From the human T2T-CHM13v2.0 reference genome, Homo sapiens: a stretch of 64,000 nt of DNA. This document shows positions 38,551 through 53,358 of this stretch, one piece after another. Under the pieces are notes generated by a model, which made no database searches, had not been told where the DNA came from, and worked only from the letters and a program-made list of their open reading frames with translations. Both the position numbers and the translations under genes were made by a program. The stretch's first letter is position 1, and each line of letters opens with the position of its first letter. The DNA lies in NCBI RefSeq assembly GCF_009914755.1, contig NC_060928.1; one strand, given 5' to 3'.

Positions 38551-41500
38551 ATTTTAACTATTATTTCCTACAGTGTAGGATAAGAATAGCTTTTAATATC
38601 TGAGATTATGTTATGATAACACAAAAAAATAAACATTTTGTATAGACATTCACTTCTTGTCATAGAATGATTATAACTTTTTCTCTTAAAGTCTGTTTTT
38701 TTTAAAAAAATCAAAATTTTTCTTAAATTATGCCTCTCAGGAGGGTATACCTATGTTTATAACCCCCCTTTCTTTTTTCACGCCACCCTCTGTCATTTCA
38801 TCTTCAAAAGATCTCTTTTAGTACTGAACCCTAAATTAACCTGATTCCAGAAATCCTCAATTTTGGCAAATCACAGTGCCTTCTTTACCAAGTTAAAGGA
38901 AACACTGATTTATATGAATAGATGAAGTCTTTACCATCTCAAATTCCTGTTATAATTAGTTTCAGAAGAACAGATCCTTGTTATGTCTATTTCTATTCTT
39001 TTCCTCATCTGTGACAGGGGAATGAGTCATTAGAATTTTAATGTCTGCATTAAATGCCAGCAGTGGTCTGTTGTTATGCTTTAACTACTTCAATATTCTG
39101 AATTCTGAATGGCTAATCCATTCTACCTTTTATTATAAGAGAACAGGAATGAGCTGCTAATCAAACAAGAGAGCATGGTAAAGGTCAAATGAGTGCAAAA
39201 TCATCTGTCTATCATTAAATAATGACAGAATTAGAAGGCTTGCCTTTGTGACTAAGATTGAAATTGGAACATAGAATGTCACCACATGAATCCTCTAGAT
39301 TGACAGAGAATGTGGTTGAGGGAGGAATGGTAAAGAATTAACTATTTTAAAACAATTTCATTGCATATGAAAATTCTAAAAGAATATGTTCTTTAGCCAC
39401 AGGAAATGGTTTTTAATAATAATAGTGGTTCGGATAATAATGGAATAGAAATAGAGCATTGTTATAAACTTGTATGAATGCAAAAATTTTTGACTAAACC
39501 TTTAAAAAGAAGTCAAGTCCTATTCTTGAAGCAATTCATAAATTTTACCAAGATGGTATGTATATCCTTTCAATTTCATCTTGTGCTTATATTTTTAAAT
39601 TCAAAAATAATTACTTTGAGTTTGTAAGTTGTAAGATGCTGTTATTGGAACTGAACTGATCTTTATTTCATGTATTGTTTGGCTTCATTTTAATCTTTAT
39701 ACTCAGTTCTTTTTTTCTTGCCCAGAAAGGCTGCCAAATAATACTACTTCAGATTTCTAAATCATCACTTATTTAAATAGACTTTCAAACAAATGATTCT
39801 ACAAGGTGCTGTTTCTTTTGCTGTTGATTAGGTCAAATTTACTTTTAACTTCTTTCTCATTATTATTCTTTTTTAAATTCAGAGCAATAGGTTTATGCCA
39901 TTGTTTCAGGAATAAAAGCTATGTGCCAGCCACCAACTTAAATTTTTTTTTAATAAAGATACTCACTTTATGTGTAGATTATTCAGAATAATTGCTTTTC
40001 CTTCTGCTGTCTCCTGCAGATTTTATTTGCCTGCTGTATTACTTTTCAGAAACTTCACTGTAGAAAAAAAACAGGAGATGAAACTGCAAGAGTGAAGTTC
40101 AGTCTAATGACTAAATGAAGTTTGTGGTGTTATCTGTATGGTTCAGTGTCCTCTGCCCCTTTTATCTTCCTAAGTGTGGATCTTTGGCAATTAAATTTAT
40201 TTATACCTTTACCAGGTGTTGAAGTATCCACAAGGTCATCTGAAAGGTTCTTTGTTTTATATGGATAACAACCCTAAAGCACTTGACCATTTATCGTAAG
40301 TTAGGTTCTTTGGTCTAGCAATTGCTTTATTAGCTAGCAGGCTAAGAGAAAAATTTTTGGGATAATCGATGTTATAGACATGCAGTCATTTGTAACAGCA
40401 ATAGAAATCTTGGAAGTTCAGAAGCAGTTGTATGCAGAAGTCCAAAATAAATTATTGTTACTCTTACGACAAAAGTAAAGAGCTAAATTAGCTGATCCAG
40501 AAGAAAATCAGAACACTGTTCTTAAGGATATAATTTTATAGCTCATGGAAGTTGAAAGGTAGACAACAATCTTATGTGCAAACTAAGAGAAAAATAGAGA
40601 AGGTCCAGAAAATAGAAGACACTATTAAAGCATGTGATTTATAGATCTGCCAGAGGGGACTCTGAGAGTCTCGATTTCAGTGAGATTATCTGAAAAATCT
40701 ATTCAGAGATGTGCAATGTAGAGGCCAAGAGAAGAGTGGAATAAAATTGATAGAATCCTTCACCTTCGCATGCTCAACACATGACTTAGAGGCTCAGTAA
40801 AAGTGCAGTTGGCAGTATTTTAAGTCCATGATATATAAAGGAAGCTGTGTCATTGTTATGAGTTTCCATTAAAAGTGACAAAAATTCACAGTTTAGGCCA
40901 GTCAGTTTTTTCAATATTTATGCCTGTAGAGTCTAACACTTTTTTTCTCATTGTTGGGTGGGGGGAACATAATCAAACTCGGAGAATGCTTGAGACCTAG
41001 GAGTTTATGTTTACAAATCCAAATTTCTTTTCATCAGGTGTCTTTACATTGTTTTAGTCTTGAACTAGAAGATGAAAGCATCAAATAAAGAAATATACTG
41101 TGGGTATATGGATTACAAAAAAAGGTAAGAGAATGAAAAAACAAAAACAAAACATGTGATGTAGTGATAGAATGAGGCTCAAATAGGCAAACATTGCAAG
41201 ATCTCTGATAATTGCAAATACGTAATTTAATGTGCTATTTCAAACTCGCTGTATTTGACACATGCATAAGATCACCCTACAAGGCCACCCAAGGTTGGGC
41301 ACAAGCATTTGAAGGTCATCTTTGTCAGTTGCGGCACTTTAAAAATATTAAATTCATTAATTCATTAAAATTCATGTAAGAATAAGAAGCAATCATAAAA
41401 ATATACTATTTTTATTGTCTTTGAACTTTTAAAGGACTCATAATCAGTGATCACTAAGGAAACAATCTGTCAAAAGAATTGGGGACTTAATATGTTCCAG

Positions 41501-41570
41501 GCACTGTGCTACTTGTGTAAGTGTGTTGCAAACCATCTGTAATACACACTTAAGACTCTTAAGCAATTAT

Positions 41571-41703
41571 GCTGGGCTTGGTGGCTTACGCCTGTAATCC
41601 CAGCACTTTGGAAGGCTGAGACGGGTGGATCGCTTGAGGCCAAGAGTTCCAGACTAGCCTGGCCACACTGGTGAAACCCCATCTCTACTAAAAATACAAA
41701 AAC
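41571..41703 (+). mobile_element. Alu left arm only
   Basis: gctgggcttggtggcttacgcctgtaatccc...ctactaaaaatacaaaaa, then abrupt switch to LTR sequence. Confidence 0.9.
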
Positions 41704-42522
41704 CAGCACAGGAGAGGGCTCAATGTGGGGCTTGCGGCTGGACTAGTCATGTTGCAAGTGACTCTCATGGTGGATTCCAGTGTCCAGATGAGGGGAATGT
41801 GGTGGTGCCCAGGCTGTGGTGTCTGTGACCCTGAAGCCCCAGACAGGGTGTTACAGCATGCTAATTTGCTCTTTTAGTCCCACTGTCTGCAGCCCGATGG
41901 ACAGCAGCATGTTAACAGCTCTATCAGCCCCTTGTCCTACTTGGGCCCATGGCTCTGGGGCTGAGCTACTTCCCATTATGTGGGGCAGAGGGCCACAGTG
42001 TTGCAGCCTTCTTTGTACCCCTGTTCAGTGGGTCCTCAGTTCTTGCACCGTGTCCAAGAAGAATGAGTTTATGCTGACAATCAAAGGGTGAGGAGGGTGG
42101 AAATAACTATCGAGCAATGAAACAGCTCTCAGCAGAGAGGGAATGCGAGGGTGGTACCCCATCCAAAGTTGTGTGGTCTCTCACAGTGTGGCTGGGGTTG
42201 AGGCCTTTATGGGCTCAGAATGAAGAGTGAGTGCTGATCAGTTTGTGAGTATGCAAAAAAGATTAAAGCAAAGACACCACTCAAAGGTGGGCATGACATT
42301 ATAAAAAAATCAATTAGGGAGAGATAAGCATATGTAAAATAGGTGAAGGGTGGGGATCAATCAGAGAAACACATGCAAAATGGGAAGACAGGTTCTCAAT
42401 CTGGCCCAAGGGTTTACCTGGGACTTGTAGCTAGACTTTAAACTGTCCTTGGCTTGAAGGTCAAGTTTTGCCAGGGACCCACCCCTGTCTGCCTAGGATT
42501 TGTCTGCCTCATGCCTCTGTCA
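41704..42522 (-). mobile_element. MER52-like ERV1 LTR, partial
   Basis: gaccctgaagccccaga..gggtgttacagcatgctaat; end ggcttgaagg...gggacccacccctgtctgcctaggatttgtctgcctc...tgtca. Confidence 0.75.
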
Positions 42523-42640
42523 CTATCCCAAGAATAGCAAAGGGAAACCACCCCCATAATCCAATAACTTCCCCCCCTCACAGGTAGGGATTACAATTCG
42601 AGATGAGATTTAGATGGGGTCACAGAGCCAAACAACATCA
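42523..42640 (-). mobile_element. MST/THE1 LTR 5' fragment
   Basis: gggattacaattcgagatgagatttagatggggtcacagagccaaacaacatca. Confidence 0.8.
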
Positions 42641-44500
42641 ATATTATTGTAGAATCATGAAGAAAATGGAGCACCTAAAAAGTTAGGAAAGCATAACTGG
42701 TAAGAAATTTGGAGTGAGAATGTGGGATAAAATGCAGTACCTTGGCTAATAAAGTAGCTCATCCATGTACTGGCTGAGCACATTAACCCAGATGATTGCC
42801 TGTTTTCTCTTTTATTTTCTGTGTAAACTGAGAGAAATCAACAGTTCTCATTCCTATTTAGTCTGGGTAGAAGTGCATCAATAGAGCTTCCACACTCTGT
42901 TGTATCAGATTTATCATGAAATGAATAAAATTGTAACTTCTAGTCTCTTCCTTGCATGGGAACCTTCTAAGGCTTTCAAAGACACACTAGGAAAATGTTC
43001 ACAAGGTCAAGCATTTGTAAAATTTGCAAAACTAAGACACATTTTAACCATGTTTGATTAAGTTACCTGTATCTCCCCTCCCTGATTTCCTCTCTATCAC
43101 ACTTTGCCAGATACTGGGTAGCACTGGAGTGTTTAGGGCATTTTGGGGATCCAAGTAAAGTAGAGTTAAGGGTATATTTGGTTTTTACTCTAGTGGGGTA
43201 TATTTATATGGCTAACATTTCCTCTAGGTAAAGTTTGGATATTGCTTGTTATTCAAGTGTGAAAATGACTTCTAGGAATCCTCTTACTGGCCATTCTGTT
43301 GACTTATCTGGCATTGGTGTACTTCAGTGCAGAGGCAGAGTTTAAATCTTATATGAACATGTATTATATCCCATGACATTCTGCACCAAAATTATGTGAT
43401 TTTGGACAAGAAGCAAAGTTTGAAAAGTATAGAGCCAGAAGCTAGTCTGTAGAAATATTTCCCAATCCTCAGACATGCAATCTGAAGTTTCAGTTATTGT
43501 AAACACTGGTGAAAATGGAACTTCTCTCCTGTCTTGAATTTTCTAAATAATACATATTTACTTGTATAAACCCACTATTGTTTTTGTTTGATGATGAGAC
43601 TTGTGCTTATAGTTATTTTTATTAGTACTAAAAAAGTGGGTATATCTGTGTATAAACTTACATGTCTTATGCATATTAGCATCTAAGATTATAAGACAAG
43701 GATGCTCACTTTCACTGCTTTTATTCATCACAGTACTAGAAGTCCTCACCAGAACAATCAGACAAGAGAAAAAATAAAAGGCATTCAAGTTAGAAAAGAG
43801 GAAGTCAAATTGTCTCTGTTCACTGATGATATGATCTTGTTTCAGGATACAAAATTAATATGCAGAAGTTAGTATTGTATCTATATATCAATAACAATCT
43901 AGCTGAGGACTAAATCAAGAAGGCAATTCCATGTACATTAGCTGCAAAAAAAAAAAAAAAATACCCAGGAATATATTTAACCAAGGAGGTGAAAGATCAC
44001 TGTAAGAACTACAAAGCACGAGTGAGAAAAACTGTAGACAACACAAATAAATGGAAAACATGCCATGCTCATGGATTGGAAGAATTAGTATTTTTAAAAT
44101 AAACATACTGCACAAAGCAATCTATAGATTCAACATAACCCTTCAAATTACCAACATATTTTTTTTTACAGAATTAGAAAACAACAATTCTAAGTTCATG
44201 TGGGACCAAAAAGAGCCTGAATAGCCAAAGCAATCCTAAGCAAAAAGAATATAGCGGGGAAATCCCATTACCTGTCTTCAAATTATACTACAAGGGTATA
44301 GTAACCAAAACAGCACGGTACTGGTATAAAAGTAGACACAGAGATCAATTAAACATAATAGGAAACAGAGAAATAAAGCAACATACCCATAACCAACTGA
44401 TCTTTGAAAAACTCAACAAACATATACAGAGGCAAAATGACACTGTATTCAATAAATGGCACTGCAGAAGAATGAAACTGAACCCACACCTCTCACCATA

Positions 44501-44857
44501 CAATATGGTTTGGCTCAGTGTCCCTACCCAAATCTCACGGTGAATTGTGCTCCCATAATTCCCACGTATTGTGGGAAGGACCTGGTGGGAGATAATTCGA
44601 ATCATGGGAGTGGTTTTCCCATACTGCTCCTATAGTAGTGAGTAAGTCTCACAAGATCTGATGGTTTTATCAGGGGTTTCCACTTTTGCATCTTCCTCAT
44701 TTTTTTTCTCTTGCCAGCACTATGTAAGAGGACTTTTCGCCTCCTGCCATGATTCTGAGGCCTCCCCAGCCATGTGGAACTATAAGTCCAAATAAATCTA
44801 CTTTTCTTCCCAGTCTCAGGAATGTCTTTATCAGCAGTGTGAAAACAAACTAATACA
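44501..44857 (+). mobile_element. THE1A-like solo LTR
   Basis: atatggtttggctc...taataca; perfect TSD CCATA at 44496-44500 and 44858-44862. Confidence 0.93.
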
Positions 44858-45211
44858 CCATACAAAAATATCAACTCAACATGAATTAAAGATCCAAACA
44901 TAAGACCTGAAGCTATGCAAATCGTAGAATATAGGAAAAACCCCTTTGACAATGGCATAGGCAAAGAATTTATGATGAAGTCCTTAAAAGCAAATGCAAC
45001 AACAACAACCAATAAACAAATAGGACATAATTAAACTAAAAAGCTTCTGTCCAGCAAATAAACAGAATAAACAGACAACCTACAGAATGAGAAAAAATAT
45101 TTGCAAAGTACGCATCTAACAAAGGGCTAATACCCAGAATCTGCAAGGAACTTAAGCAACTCAAGAAAAAATAAATAACCCCATTAAAAAGTGAACAAAG
45201 GACATGAACAG

Positions 45212-45663
<452 letters not shown>

Positions 45664-46527
45664 AGAACAGATAATTTTCAAAACAAGACATACAAGTGAC
45701 CAAAAAACATGAAAGAAATGCTAACCAGGTTGTTAACCAGGATGCAAAGAAAACTGAATGCTTATACACTGTTGTTGGGAATGTATATCATAACAACCTT
45801 TATGGAAAACAGTATGAAGCTTTCTCAAAGAACTAAAAATAGAACTGCCATTAGATTCAGCAGTCTCACCACTGGGTATATACCCAAAGGAAAATCTATA
45901 TATACCATGGAATACTATTCAGCCATAGAAAAGGATGAAATCATGTCTTTTGTAGCAACATGGATGGGACTGAAGGCTATTATCCTCAGTGAAATAACTC
46001 AGAAAGTCAAATACAGCAAGTTCTCACTTATTGTTGGGAGCTAAACAATGGATACACATGGACATACAGTGTGGCATAATAGACCCTAAAGACTATAAAA
46101 GGTGGGAGGGTCAAAGTTGGGAGAGTGTTGAAAAACTACTTACTGGTTACAATGTTCACTATTCAGACAATGGGTACACTAAAAGCCTAGACTTGCCCTA
46201 TACACAATATATACATGTAGGAAACTTGTAACTGTACCCCCTAAATATATACAAATTAATTAATTACAAAAAATATTATGTTGTAGTGTTAACTGGTATA
46301 TCTTGTCTTGGGAAAATATGGCAGCTCCTATGAAACATCTCGGAAAATTTGTAACTGATGTTACAAAACACCCAGAAGAAATAAGTGGTCTGGTGAGAAA
46401 ACTTACTCATCTTTGCCTACATATGTATACATGAGTAATTTGATTACACATTTGTGCGGGATAATATAACTGAAAAGAAAATGTAAAATTTAACTTAAAT
46501 TGTATTTGTAAGTTGTAATTTCATTAA

Positions 46528-47007
<480 letters not shown>

Positions 47008-47113
47008 TAAAAACTTTTTATCTATCCCTGATAAATATTCCTCAATAATAATTTTAAAAATCCATTTGGTTAAATGAACATGAACTCTAAGTCTTTTAAC
47101 CAGAAATAAGCTA

Positions 47114-47165
47114 TTAGGTTGATGCAAAATATTTGCATTTTTTGCCATTGAAAGTAGTGGCAACA
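47114..47165. mobile_element. Partial MADE1 (Hsmar1 MITE)
   Basis: ta|ttaggttgatgcaaaatatttgcattttttgccattgaaagtagtggcaa resembles the mariner TIR plus spacer; right TIR mostly missing. Confidence 0.7.
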
Positions 47166-47721
47166 AAGAAATAAAATTGTATTTTTGGAATAGTTTTCTC
47201 TTAAGCTCTTGATAATAAACCTGTAAGTATTAACTGCCTTACAAATGGCAAAAGAGGCCACTTGAAGGAAAGGAAATTCCTTAACAGGACTTTCCTTAGC
47301 AGGAAAGTTAGTTGCCTGGGTCATCATTTGGATAAGAAAAAAATCCATTAAAAAATGGCAGTATTATTAGTATCATATGCATAATTACATATATAAAACT
47401 TGCCATATATTGTGTGAAATATAGTTCTTTAGTATAGGAAAAATATATTGATATCTATAAAGGTAAAATTATTTTAACTCTTTCACATACATGTTATTTG
47501 ATAAAATTTGCTTTCGTGTTTTTTCTTTGTCAGGTTTCATTGATACTCAAAATTCATTTCCTTTGACATAGCTCAGGAGATTTGTTAGTAAAAATCTCAC
47601 CCAAATTCATAAGAATTTTCCAATAAAATATTTCAGAAATGAAACATTTTGAAAGAATTGGTCAATTATCACTTTCTGCTAGATAGAGCATGATAGTTTG
47701 GTGTATATTTTAATATATCAG

Positions 47722-50164
47722 TGATATAGTTTGGATATTACTCCCCACCCAAATCTCGTGTTGAACTGTAATCCCCAGTGTTAGATGTGAGGCCTGGTGG
47801 GAGGTGTTTGGGTGACAGGGGCAAATCCCTTATGTCTTGGTGCTGTCCTCTAGATAGCGAGTGAGTTCTCTTGAGGTCTGGTTGTTGTAAAGTGTGGCAC
47901 CTCCACTCCCAACTCTCTCTCTTGCTCCTGCTTTCGTCATATTAAGTGCCCACTCCTGCTCCACCACCTGCCATGATGATAAGGTTCCTGAGGCCTCCCC
48001 AGAAGCAAATGCCATTGCCAAGCTTCCTGTACAGCCTGCAGAACTGTGAGCTAATTAAACCTCTTTACTTATAAATTACCCAGTGTTGGGTATTTCTTTA
48101 TAGCAATGCAAGAAAGGCCTAATACAGAAAATTGGTACTAGGAGTGAGGCATGGCTATTAAGATATCTGAAAATGTGAAAGCAAATTAGGAACTGGGTAA
48201 CAAGCAGCAGTCCAAAGAGTTTGAATGGCTCAGAAGACAGGAAGATGAAGGAAAGTTTGGAACCTCTTAGAGACTGGTTAAGTGGTTGTTACCAAAATGC
48301 TGATTGTGATATGAACTTTGAAGTTCAGGCTGCTGAGGTCTCAGATAGAAATCAGAAATGTATTGGGATCAAAGATTATGCATATTATTTCTTAGTAAAC
48401 AGCTTGGCTGCATTGTGTTTATGCCCTAGAGATCTGTGGAAGTTTGAAGTTGAGAATGATGACCTAGAGTATCTGGTGGAAGAAATTTCTAAGCAGCAAA
48501 GTGTTCAAGATGTGGCCTGGATGCTTCTAACAACCTATGCTCAGATGTAGGCACAAAGGAATGACTTACATTTGGAACTTACATTTAAACAGGAAGCAGA
48601 GCCTAAAAGTTCAGAAAATTTGCAGGCTGATCATGTGGCAAATAAATAAAAACCTTTTACAAGAGAGAAACTCAAGCAGGCTGTTGAGCAACCATTTGCT
48701 AGAGATATCTGCATAACTGAAAAGGAGCCAAATGCTAATAGCCAAGACAATGGGAAAAAGGTTTCAGTGACATTTCAGAGAACTTCCTGGCAGCCCTTCT
48801 TACCACAGGCCCTGAAGCCTAGGAGGACTGAATGGTTTTGTAGGCCAGGCCCAGTACCTTGCTAGCCTGCACAGCCTTGAGACACGGCTCCCCAAATTCT
48901 GGTCACTCTGGCCCCAGCCTCAGCTCAAAGGGGCACTGGTAAAACTTGGGCCATCACTTCAGAGGACACGAGCTATAATCATTGGCAGATTCCACATGGT
49001 GTTAAGCATGTGGGTGCACAGAGTGCAAGAGTTAAGAAGGCTTGGTAGCCTCTGCCTAGACTTCAGAGGATGTATAGAAAAGGCTGGTGTTCAGGCAGAA
49101 GGCTGCTGCAGGAGTGGAGCCCTCACAGAGAACTTCTAGTAGAGCAGTGGGGAGGGGAAATGTGGGTTTGGAAGCCCACAGAGTCCCCAGTGGGGTATTG
49201 CCTAATGAAGCTGTGAGAAGGGGGCCACCATCATCCAGAACCAAGAATGGTAGATCCATTGGCAGCTTGCACTCTATGCCTGGAAAAGCTGCAGGCACTC
49301 AGCTGTAGCACTTGAGAGGAGCCATGGGGCTACATCCTGCAAATTCACAGGGGAAGAGCTGCCCAAAGCCTTGGGAGCCCACCCCTTGCATTAACGTGCC
49401 ATGGATGTGAGGCATGGAGTCAAAAGAGATTATTTCAGAGCTTTAAGATTTAATGACTGTCCTGCTAGTTTTCGGACCTGTGTGAGCTCTAGTCCCTTTC
49501 TTTGCCTGACTTCTTTCTCTTGTAATGGGAATGTTTACCCAATGCTGGCACCCTCATTGTATCTTGGAAGTAAATGACTTGTTTTGATTTTACAGGCTCA
49601 CAGGTGGAAGGAACTCATTTTCAGATGGGACTTTGGACTTGGGACTTTTGATTGAGTTGTTGCAGAAATGAGTTAAGATTTTGGGGAATTGCTGAGAAGG
49701 CATGATTGTATTTTGCCATGTGAAAAGAATAGGTAATTTGGGGGAAGACAAGGGTAGAATGATATAGTTTAGGTATTTGTCCACACTGAAATTTCATGTT
49801 GAATTGTAATCCCCAATGTTGGAAGTGTGGCCTGGTGGGAGGTGTTTAGGTCATGGGGGTTGATCCCTCATGTCTTGGTGCTGTCCTCTCAATAATGAAT
49901 GAGTTCTCTCAAGATTTGGTTGTTGTAAAGTGTGGTACCTCCACCCCCAACTCTTTCTCTTGCTCCTACATTCACCATGTCAAGTACCTGTTCCCACTTT
50001 GCCTTCCACCATGATTGTGAAGTTCCTGAGGCCTCTCGGAAAGCAGATGCCAGCACTATGCTTCCTGTACAGCCTGCAAAACTGTGAGCCAATTAAACCT
50101 CTTTTCTTATAAAGTACCCAGTCTCAGGTATTTCTTTATAGCAATGCAAGAACAGCCTAATACA
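47722..50164 (+). mobile_element. Complete MST (MSTB-like) MaLR provirus: LTR 47722-48126, internal 48127-49759, LTR 49760-50164
   Basis: Two ~405-bp direct repeats tgatatagttt...taataca; internal starts gaaaattggtac; polypurine tract before the 3' LTR; TSD ATCAG at 47717-47721 and 50165-50169. Confidence 0.95.
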
Positions 50165-50268
50165 ATCAGTAAATATGTCAGATTCTACAATGAGGCTACT
50201 ATAATGTGAAGATATTTTTCTTAATCATTTACATTTACAAATAGACTAAAATTCTTGTTTTATGTTAT

Positions 50269-50630
50269 TGTCTTAGTTCATTTTGTGCTGCTATAACGGA
50301 ATACTACAGACTGGTAATTAATAAACAACAGAAGTTTATTTGGCTCATGTCTCTGGAGATTGGGAAGTCTAAGACTGAGGGGCCTCATCTAGTGAAGGTC
50401 TTGCTATGTCATAACATAACATGGTGGAAGTCATCACATGGTGAAAGCATGTGTAAAAGAGGAAGACAGGAGAACTCATACTCTTATCAGGATCCCACTC
50501 CCACAATATCTAGCCCTCTCCCAGGATAACAGCACTGATTATCTTAGAAGGGTCTCAACTCTCAGGACTGTTGCATTGGGGATTACATTTCAAACACGTG
50601 GATCTTGGGAGACACATTTAAACCACAACA
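50269..50630 (-). mobile_element. MSTC/D-like solo LTR
   Basis: tgtcttagttcattttgtgctgctataac...gttgcattggggattacatttcaaac...acacatttaaaccacaaca. Confidence 0.8.
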
Positions 50631-51797
50631 GTGATGTTTTGAATAATAAATATACATCTACAAATGTGTTTCTTCCACCTGGCAATGCCTTCTTCTGATA
50701 GTTTTATTCTGCAAATTTCAATTGTTCAAATAAAATTTCCTCATTGGCCCTCTTTAACACTTTTTCCTCTGAAATCTTATATTACTTGTTGCTTTACAAA
50801 TACTCTTTAAAAATTATTCCACACTGGTATCTAAATTCTTCCTTTTTTCCCAGTCTTATCTTCCCAATTGGCTTTTAATTTCCATCAGGAAAGGATCCAT
50901 GTGTTTTGACTTCTTGGTACTGCTCACAGTAATACGTAAATAATTAAGATTTAATATAATTGGGTTTACTTTAATTTCATGTAGATTCCAATTGATTTTT
51001 CCAATTAGATGTGTGAGATTTTTATTCATTAAAATACGCAATTATACTAGCATCCATTTTTACTTGTCCAAAGAATGAGCTAAGATTTAAGTTATATTTT
51101 GCGATCTTGAGATACATTTCATATGCTCTTCGTTGAATCACTTTTCTATTCATCTTCAAATTCCAGCTATAAAATATGATATGCAATTGTCTTAGCTCAG
51201 ATTGACCACAAATCCTTGTTCTACAAGATACCATGTATTCATATATTCATAAAAATATCAACAGAAATAATATATTAATAAATATTTAAGTATGTAATTT
51301 CAGAAAGAGATGGTAATGTATCAGGACAGATTTTAGTTAGGAGACACAATATGCTTATCCGAGCACAAAGTTGGTTTTTATCAATTGATGTTAGTTTTTG
51401 ATTATATACTATATGTAAGTTCTCTATTTATAATTATAATTTTCTCATTAATAATAATAATAAATCATACCTATATTGTACCTTGCAATTATCAAAGCCC
51501 CTTTCATTTCCACCTCATTTTCTCTCTTTCTCTTTTTCTCTTTCTTTTTCCCTGTTCTTTTAGTCTCTGTCTCTCCTTCAGAAAAAATATCAGTTACTTA
51601 GCAGGACATATATTATTGTTTCCATGTTACAGGTTGGAAATGAAATTTCAAAGGAATAAGTTATTTTTTATGGTCTTATAGCTAATAATTATTAATAATT
51701 GATATATGTAGGATTGGGATCCCAAGGTTTAACTCCTAATCATGTGACTTCAGACAAAAAAACGTAGAAATAACAGTTTTTCTGGATTGTTACATGG

Positions 51798-52160
51798 GGT
51801 CTTAGGCAATTTGAGTCATTATAACAAAGTACCATAAACTGGGTAGTTTTAAACAACAGAGATTTATTTTGCAGAGTTCTAGAGGCTACAAGTCTGACAT
51901 CAGGGTGCCAGCATGGTTAGGTCCCAGTGAGGGTCCTCTTTTGAGTAGATTGCTGCCATTTTATTGTCTCATCACAGGGTGAAAAACAATGTGAGCTAGC
52001 TCTTTGGCCTATTTTTATAAGGGCTCTAATCCCATTCATGAGGGTTCCACCCTCATAATGTAACTACTTCCCAAAAGCCCTATCTCCAAATACCAGGATA
52101 CTGGGGATTCGATTTTAACATATGAATTTTGGGGGAAAATGAACATTCACTTTATAACAC
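51798..52160 (-). mobile_element. MLT1A-like LTR
   Basis: ataacaaagtaccataaactgggt...ctaatcccattcatgagggttccaccctcat...acatatgaatttt...ataaca. Confidence 0.85.
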
Positions 52161-52284
52161 ATAGAGAGTGAGGTAGTCTGGATAAATGATCTAGCGTGTT
52201 CACTCATAAATGTTATTTTCATGCTCCTTTTCTAAGCCTTTTCTATTATAACAGCAATGCAGTTTGTAACTTTAAGAATTATTC

Positions 52285-53358
52285 CATGTAGAATGTAAAT
52301 TGATATAGCCATTATAGAAAGCAGTGTGAAGGGTTGGGCATGGTTGCTCATACCTCTAATCCCAGCACTTTGGGAGGCCTAGGTGGGAGGATTGCTTGAG
52401 CCCAGGTGTTTGAGACCAGCTTGAGAAACACAGAAGGGCCTGGTCACTACAAATAATAAAGGAAAATTAGCCAGGCATGGAGATACATGCCTGTGGTCCC
52501 AGCTAGTCAGGAGGCTGAGGTGATAAAGGCTGCAGTGAGTTGTGATCGTCACCACTGCACTCTAGCTTGGGCGACAGAGTGAGACCCTGTCTCAAAAAAA
52601 AAATCACCAAAACCAACCAACCAAACAAAAAAACACACAACAACAAAAACAGTGTAAAGTTTCCTCAAAAAATAAAAAATACAACTACCATATGATCCAG
52701 AAATTCCACTACTATTTACCCAAAGGAAATGAAATCAGTACTTTGAAGAGATATCTACATTCCTATGTTTATTGCAGCAGCATTCACAACACACAAGATA
52801 TGGAATCAACCCAAGTGTCCACCAGTGAATGAATGGATAAAGAAAACATATATAGGCAATGGAGTACAATTCAGCTGTAAAAAATAATGAAACCCTGTCA
52901 TTTTCAGCAACATGAAGGAAACTAGAGGACATGTTAAGTGAAATAAGCCAGGCACAGAAAGACAAATAGCACATAATCTCACTCATTGCGGAATCTAAAA
53001 AAAATATACATCAATAGAAATAGAGAGTAATATAGTGATTTCCAGAGGTTGGGGAGGGTTGGGAAAGAGGGAATGGGGACAGATTGATCAATGGGTACAA
53101 AATTACAGTTACGTGGGAAGAATACATTTTGGTGTTCTATAGCACAGTAGGGTGAATATAGTAAACAATGTTATGGTGTATATTTCAACTACAAGAGAGG
53201 ATTCTAAATGTCTCATCACAAAGAAATGATAAATGTTTGAGGTGATGAATATGCTAAATACCATGCTTTGATCATTATACAATGTATACATGTGTTGAAA
53301 CATCACACCGTACTCCATAATATGTATAATTACTATGTGTGAATTATAAACAAAATAT
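52285..53358 (+). mobile_element. L1MA 3' end (interrupted by AluJ)
   Basis: actaccatatgatccag...ctagaggacatgttaagtgaaataagccaggcacagaaagac...atcattatacaatgtatacatg. Confidence 0.88.
52332..52648 (+). mobile_element. AluJ with right-arm deletion and A/C-rich tail
   Basis: ggaggattgcttgagcccagg and aggctgcagtgag (J diagnostics); TSD aaagcagtgtgaag / aaaacagtgtaaag. Confidence 0.9.

Noticed and set aside
40310-40760. A-rich stretch resembling decayed coding sequence or an ancient LINE
   Set aside because: Could not assign it to a family, and no ORF of 60 aa or more is listed; needs a Dfam or tblastx search
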